Below are positions 58,633 through 64,000 of a DNA stretch of 64,000 nucleotides, piece after piece (position 1 is the stretch's first letter; each line of letters opens with the position of its first letter). Position numbers and translations under genes: made by a program. This DNA is from Roseovarius sp. (lineage in GTDB: Bacteria > Pseudomonadota > Alphaproteobacteria > Rhodobacterales > Rhodobacteraceae). The stretch is taken from assembly GCF_040219995.1 (NCBI RefSeq), contig NZ_JAVJUC010000022.1, forward strand, positions 70,417 to 134,416, given 5' to 3'. Below the pieces are notes generated by a model. The model saw only the letters and a program-made list of their open reading frames with translations. It searched no databases and was not told where the DNA came from.

Positions 58633-59103
58633 ATGCGGGTGCATATCTGCGCGGTGGGCCGGTTGCGGACCGGCCCGGAACGCGCATTGATCGACGATTA
58701 CATCACCCGGTTCGACCGAACAGGGCGGGCGCTGGGCCTCGGCCCGCTTGCCCTGCAAGAGGTCGAGGACAAGAAGGGCGGCGGCATGGAGGCCGAGGCC
58801 GCCCTGCTGGAGCGCGTGATCCCCAAGGGCGCGGTGATCGTGCTGCTGGATGAGCGCGGCACGCTCATGACCTCCCCTGACTTTTCAGACCGTCTCGCCG
58901 GATGGCGCGATGCCGGGCGCGGCGATGTGGCCTTTGTCATCGGCGGTGCGGACGGGATCGCCCCTAGCCTGCGCGCGCAAAACGATTTCGCACTTTCTTT
59001 CGGCAAGATGGTCTGGCCGCACATGCTGGCCCGGGTCATGCTGAGCGAACAGCTCTACCGTGCCGCCTCAATCCTCGCGGGCAGCCCCTATCACCGGGTG
59101 TGA
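58633..59103 (+). CDS. rlmH: 23S rRNA (pseudouridine1915-N3)-methyltransferase
   Basis: F.IGGADG, LSFGKMVWPH, EQLYRA..I..G.PYHR. Confidence 0.96.
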   Translation: MRVHICAVGRLRTGPERALIDDYITRFDRTGRALGLGPLALQEVEDKKGGGMEAEAALLERVIPKGAVIVLLDERGTLMTSPDFSDRLAGWRDAGRGDVAFVIGGADGIAPSLRAQNDFALSFGKMVWPHMLARVMLSEQLYRAASILAGSPYHRV

Positions 59104-59127
59104 CCAACGTGCGTTAGCGTGCAAAAT

Positions 59128-59168
59128 GAAACCGCCGCCCGGGTATCCCCGAACGGCGGTCTTTTTTC
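59128..59168. terminator. Terminator between convergent rlmH and rplT
   Basis: accgccg/cggcggt stem followed by ctttttt. Confidence 0.75.
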
Positions 59169-59191
59169 TTGTCCCTCGATGCGCGACCGGC

Positions 59192-59557
59192 TCAGGAGGC
59201 CAGGGCACCCTTGGCCTGATCCACGATCGCGCCGAATGCGGCGGGCTCGTGCACGGCGAGGTCGGCCAGAACCTTGCGGTCCACCTCGACCCCGGCCAGG
59301 GTCAGGCCGTTGATGAAGCGCGAATAGGTCAGCGCCTCATCATGGGCACGCACGGCGGCGTTGATCCGCTGAATCCACAGCGCGCGGAAATTGCGCTTGC
59401 GGTTCTTGCGGTCGCGCGTGGCGTATTGGTTGGCCTTGTCGACGGCCTGTGCGGCCACCTTGAAGGTGTTCTTGCGGCGGCCATAGTAACCTTTGGCGGC
59501 CTTGACGACTTTCTTGTGACGGGCGTGGGTAACAACCCCACCTTTGACGCGTGACAT
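59192..59557 (-). CDS. rplT: 50S ribosomal protein L20
   Basis: MSRVKGG...AKGYYGRR...LWIQRINAA. Confidence 0.98.
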   Translation of the reverse strand: MSRVKGGVVTHARHKKVVKAAKGYYGRRKNTFKVAAQAVDKANQYATRDRKNRKRNFRALWIQRINAAVRAHDEALTYSRFINGLTLAGVEVDRKVLADLAVHEPAAFGAIVDQAKGALAS

Positions 59558-59577
59558 CTTTCAAATCCTCCTGGGGC

Positions 59578-59778
59578 TTAGCGTGCGTAGGGCATCATCG
59601 GCTTGATGATACCTTCGTCGGCTTTGCTGAGCGTGGTGGTCCCACGCGCGTTACGGATGAATTTGTTGGTGCGCTTGATCATGCCGTGGCTCTTGCCCGC
59701 CTGGGCGGCCACAACACGGCCCGTCGCCGTCACCTTGAACCGCTTCTTGCAGCTCGACTTTGTCTTCATCTTGGGCAT
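59578..59778 (-). CDS. rpmI: 50S ribosomal protein L35
   Basis: [20 protein letters not shown]. Confidence 0.97.
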   Translation of the reverse strand: MPKMKTKSSCKKRFKVTATGRVVAAQAGKSHGMIKRTNKFIRNARGTTTLSKADEGIIKPMMPYAR

Positions 59779-59856
59779 TTCCGGCTCCTTTTCTAGGTCG
59801 GTAGGGCCGCACGACTCGGCATGCCACGTCTGGCCGGTCCTGCGGATAGAGCGCGC

Positions 59857-59885
59857 CGTATACGCGGACACCCTGATTTGTGCAA
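59857..59885 (-). promoter_or_regulatory. Sigma70-type promoter TTGCAC-N17-TATACG for rpmI-rplT
   Basis: Read on the minus strand. Confidence 0.65.
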
Positions 59886-59912
59886 GGGGCTGACGGAGAA
59901 ATTCCCGCACCG

Positions 59913-60134
59913 TCAGATATAGCGCGCGATCACCTCGATCAGCAGCTTGGGCAACTCCGACAGGCTGTAGCCGCCGGGCTTGTTGCTGAGCGCCCAGAGG
60001 ATCAGCCCTCCGGCCCCGAGAATCGTGAGCATCGCCACCCGCGGCGCGCGCTTGTCAGACACCGCCGAGAGCACCGCGGGAAGAGAGAACACGGCCAGAA
60101 CCATACCGATAGCCATCGCAAGATCGGGATCCAT
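59913..60134 (-). CDS. Small hypothetical membrane protein
   Basis: Two hydrophobic segments; fills the gap between pyk and rpmI. Confidence 0.7.
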   Translation of the reverse strand: MDPDLAMAIGMVLAVFSLPAVLSAVSDKRAPRVAMLTILGAGGLILWALSNKPGGYSLSELPKLLIEVIARYI

Positions 60135-60174
60135 TACGCACCTCAGAGAAATCGCTTACGTCAATTGAGCAAGC

Positions 60175-61620
<1,446 letters not shown>

Positions 61621-61727
61621 CTGTGTTCCTTCGTCTCTCGTCGTTCAGGCGTTTGTGTTATCGCTAACATTCACTGCCTCCGCCTTATCGCGCAATTCAC
61701 ATTGCCGCACAACTGTCCTAGAGGAAG

Positions 61728-62489
61728 ATGACAGGAAAAACCAACACGATGATGTATCAGCCATATGAAATTGACGGGGCCGCGCGGGGCGCACGCTGGC
61801 TCGTGACCTGCGATCACGCGGCCAACACGGTGCCGCCCTTCGTCAATGGCGGGTGCCTCGGCGTGGCACCTGCGGACATGGCGCGCCACATCGCCTATGA
61901 CGTGGGTGCGGCGGGGGTGGCGCGGGGGCTGGCGCAGGCGCTCGATGGCCCCGCGATCCTGTCGAATTTCTCGCGTCTGGTGATCGACCCGAACCGGGGC
62001 GAGGACGACCCCACATTGGTGATGAAGCTCTATGACGGCACGGTGGTCCCGGCCAACCGCCATGCTGACGGGCCCGAGATCGAGCGCCGTCTGAACCGCC
62101 TTTACCGGCCCTATCACACTGCGCTGTCGGAACTGGCGGCGCGGCGTGACGACACGGTGATCGTCTCGGTCCACAGCTTCACCCCGCAGTTCAGAGGCCG
62201 CCCGCCGCGGCCCTGGCATATCGGGCTGCTCTATGCCGCCGATACGCGATTTGCCCGCCCGCTGCTGGCGCGCCTGCGCGAGGAGCCGGGTCTTTGCGTT
62301 GGCGATAACGAGCCTTATGGCGGGCACCTGCCCGGCGATGCCATCGCGCGCCATGCCATCGCCCATGAGCGGCCCAATGTCCTGATCGAGTTGCGCAACG
62401 ACCTGATCGAGACACCCGCGCAACAGGCGGCATGGGCCGCGCGCCTTGCGCCCATCCTGACCGAGGTGGCGGGCAAGGTCGGCGTCTGA
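61728..62489 (+). CDS. N-formylglutamate amidohydrolase family protein
   Basis: TCDHA.N, HIAYDVG, FSRLVIDPNR, HSFTP, IELRNDLI. Confidence 0.9.
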   Translation: MTGKTNTMMYQPYEIDGAARGARWLVTCDHAANTVPPFVNGGCLGVAPADMARHIAYDVGAAGVARGLAQALDGPAILSNFSRLVIDPNRGEDDPTLVMKLYDGTVVPANRHADGPEIERRLNRLYRPYHTALSELAARRDDTVIVSVHSFTPQFRGRPPRPWHIGLLYAADTRFARPLLARLREEPGLCVGDNEPYGGHLPGDAIARHAIAHERPNVLIELRNDLIETPAQQAAWAARLAPILTEVAGKVGV

Positions 62490-62548
62490 CGGGGCTTGCA
62501 TGCGGCCCGCGCGCGTCACATCTTGAGCGAAGACAGAGGAGAGACATC

Positions 62549-62863
62549 ATGGACGACCAGACCCGGATCGAACTCGAAGCCGCCGCATTCCGCACCCTGC
62601 GCGATCATCTGATGGAAAAGCGCACCGATGTGCAGAATATCGACCTGATGAACCTCGCAGGGTTTTGCCGCAATTGCCTGAGCCGCTGGTATCAGGAGGC
62701 CGCCCATGCCAAGGGCATCGAGATGACCAAGGACGAGGCCCGCGAGATTTTCTACGGCATGCCCTATGACGACTGGAAGGCCCGCTACCAGATCGATGCC
62801 GATGCCGAGAAGAAGGCCGCGTTCGAGGCGGCCTTTGCAGAAAATGTGGGCGAAAAGGGCTGA
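62549..62863 (+). CDS. DUF1244 family protein
   Basis: ELEAAAFR, VQNIDLMNLAGFCRNCL, YGMPY..WK. Confidence 0.92.
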   Translation: MDDQTRIELEAAAFRTLRDHLMEKRTDVQNIDLMNLAGFCRNCLSRWYQEAAHAKGIEMTKDEAREIFYGMPYDDWKARYQIDADAEKKAAFEAAFAENVGEKG

Positions 62864-62915
62864 GCGGCGTCGCTTTCCGGCAAGGAACGGGCGCAGGCCC
62901 GGCTAGGGTCGCGCC

Positions 62916-63614
62916 ATGACTTACCGCCTGCATTACGCACCCGACAATGCCTCGCTGATCATCCGCCTCGCGCTGGAGGAACTGGGCGTGTCCTATGAGA
63001 CCGTGCTGGTCGATCGCCGCGCGCGGGCACAGAAATCGCCCGCCTATCTGGCGCTCAACCCGGCGGGGCTGATCCCGGTGCTGGAAACGCCGGATGGCGC
63101 GGTGTTCGAGACCGGCGCGATCCTGCTGTGGCTCGCCGACCGGCACGGCGCGCTTGCGCCTGCCCCGGAGGATTCGGCACGCGGGACGCTGCTCAAATGG
63201 CTGTTTTTCCTCTCGAACACCCTACACCCGGCGATGCGGATGATCTTTTACCCTGATCAATATGCAGGCGCGGATACCGGCACACAGGCCCGGCTGCGCA
63301 CCCATATGCAGACCGAAACGGCCCGCCATCTCGACACGCTGGAGGCGGCGGCAACGGCGCATCCCGACCTTTTCAGCGGTGCATCGCCTACCGTGATCGG
63401 GCTTTACCTCGGCCCGGCCTTGCGCTGGCTCGCGCTCTACCCGGCGGGGGAAACCGGCTGGTTCGACCTAGGCCGCTGGCCGGTTTTGCAGGCCATGGCG
63501 CAGGCGTTGGAAACCCGCGCCAGCGCGGTGGCCGCTGCCCGTGCCGAAGGGTTGGGGCCTGCGCCCTTTTCCGCGCCTATGCCGGCCGATCCGCCCGAGG
63601 GTGCGGCGCTCTGA
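62916..63614 (+). CDS. Glutathione S-transferase family protein
   Basis: YLALNPAGLIPVL, FETGAILLWLAD. Confidence 0.9.
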   Translation: MTYRLHYAPDNASLIIRLALEELGVSYETVLVDRRARAQKSPAYLALNPAGLIPVLETPDGAVFETGAILLWLADRHGALAPAPEDSARGTLLKWLFFLSNTLHPAMRMIFYPDQYAGADTGTQARLRTHMQTETARHLDTLEAAATAHPDLFSGASPTVIGLYLGPALRWLALYPAGETGWFDLGRWPVLQAMAQALETRASAVAAARAEGLGPAPFSAPMPADPPEGAAL

Positions 63615-63619
63615 TCCGG

Positions 63620-64000
63620 TCAGGCCGCCAGCGCGGCACGCCCTCGCTGCCGCAAGAGACGCTGCCACTGCCCCGGACGCAACAACCGGCGCGCCGGGGA
63701 CCAGTCCGCACCGTCAGCCAGTTCGGGAAAGAGTGACAGCAGCCGCGCGCGATCCTGCGGGCACAGGGCCCGGATCGCCATCGGCCCGGGATACAGGCTC
63801 TCGACCGCCGCGCCATCGGCCCAGATCACCTGATGACGATCAAAGAGGACGTGGTGGTAGTGCACCCGAAGATGCGGCATCCGCGCGATACCCGGCTGAC
63901 CGATCAGCGCCTTGACCGGCATCAGGTGATCCTCGCTCAACCCCGCCAGCGCCGCCAGGTGTGGCGGGATCAAGACGCGATGCTGTTGTGACAGCAACAG
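63620..64000 (-). CDS. Hint-domain protein, C-terminal part (truncated by window end)
   Basis: LLSQQHRVL, V.YHHVLFDRHQVIWADGAAVESLYPG pattern typical of Rhodobacterales Hint_2 domains. Confidence 0.8.
   Translation of the reverse strand: MLLSQQHRVLIPPHLAALAGLSEDHLMPVKALIGQPGIARMPHLRVHYHHVLFDRHQVIWADGAAVESLYPGPMAIRALCPQDRARLLSLFPELADGADWSPARRLLRPGQWQRLLRQRGRAALAA

Noticed and set aside
59780-59850. Possible L20-binding leader upstream of rpmI
   Set aside because: Only short GC stems are visible; I cannot distinguish them from background without covariation data.

Overview
High-GC alphaproteobacterial chromosome segment; gene content and order fit the Roseobacter group (Rhodobacterales). Most of it is housekeeping: ccoGHIS, smc, an ffh-rpsP-bluB-rimM-trmD-rplS-rpmE cluster, the F0 atp operon, sdhCDAB, clpB, pyrF, tRNA-Gly(CCC), def/def-like/fmt, rpsA-cmk, pyrD, asd, rsfS-rlmH, rpmI-rplT and pyk. 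I found no IS/transposase, integrase, prophage, CRISPR array or rRNA. Two unannotated systems stand out. (1) A ~300 bp AT-rich cassette between smc and rpmE has the layout of a type I toxin-antitoxin module: a perfect SD, a hydrophobic ~20-30 aa ORF, a shared hairpin, and a convergent ~80 nt candidate RNA complementary to the ORF's translation-initiation region. (2) A tandem pair of modules at 33.1-36.7 kb each places a secreted Cys/His leader ending in the ribosome-arrest motif PRAPP upstream of a Met/His-rich outer-membrane barrel, suggesting nascent-peptide control of metal (probably copper) uptake. Smaller items: a relic trmD 3' end, a catalytically altered deformylase paralogue, three TGTGATCACA palindromes before sdhC, GTAG-type REP copies, several small ORFs below the track cutoff, and a suspicious substitution cluster in rpsA. 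All family assignments come from reading motifs and from recall; no searches were run.
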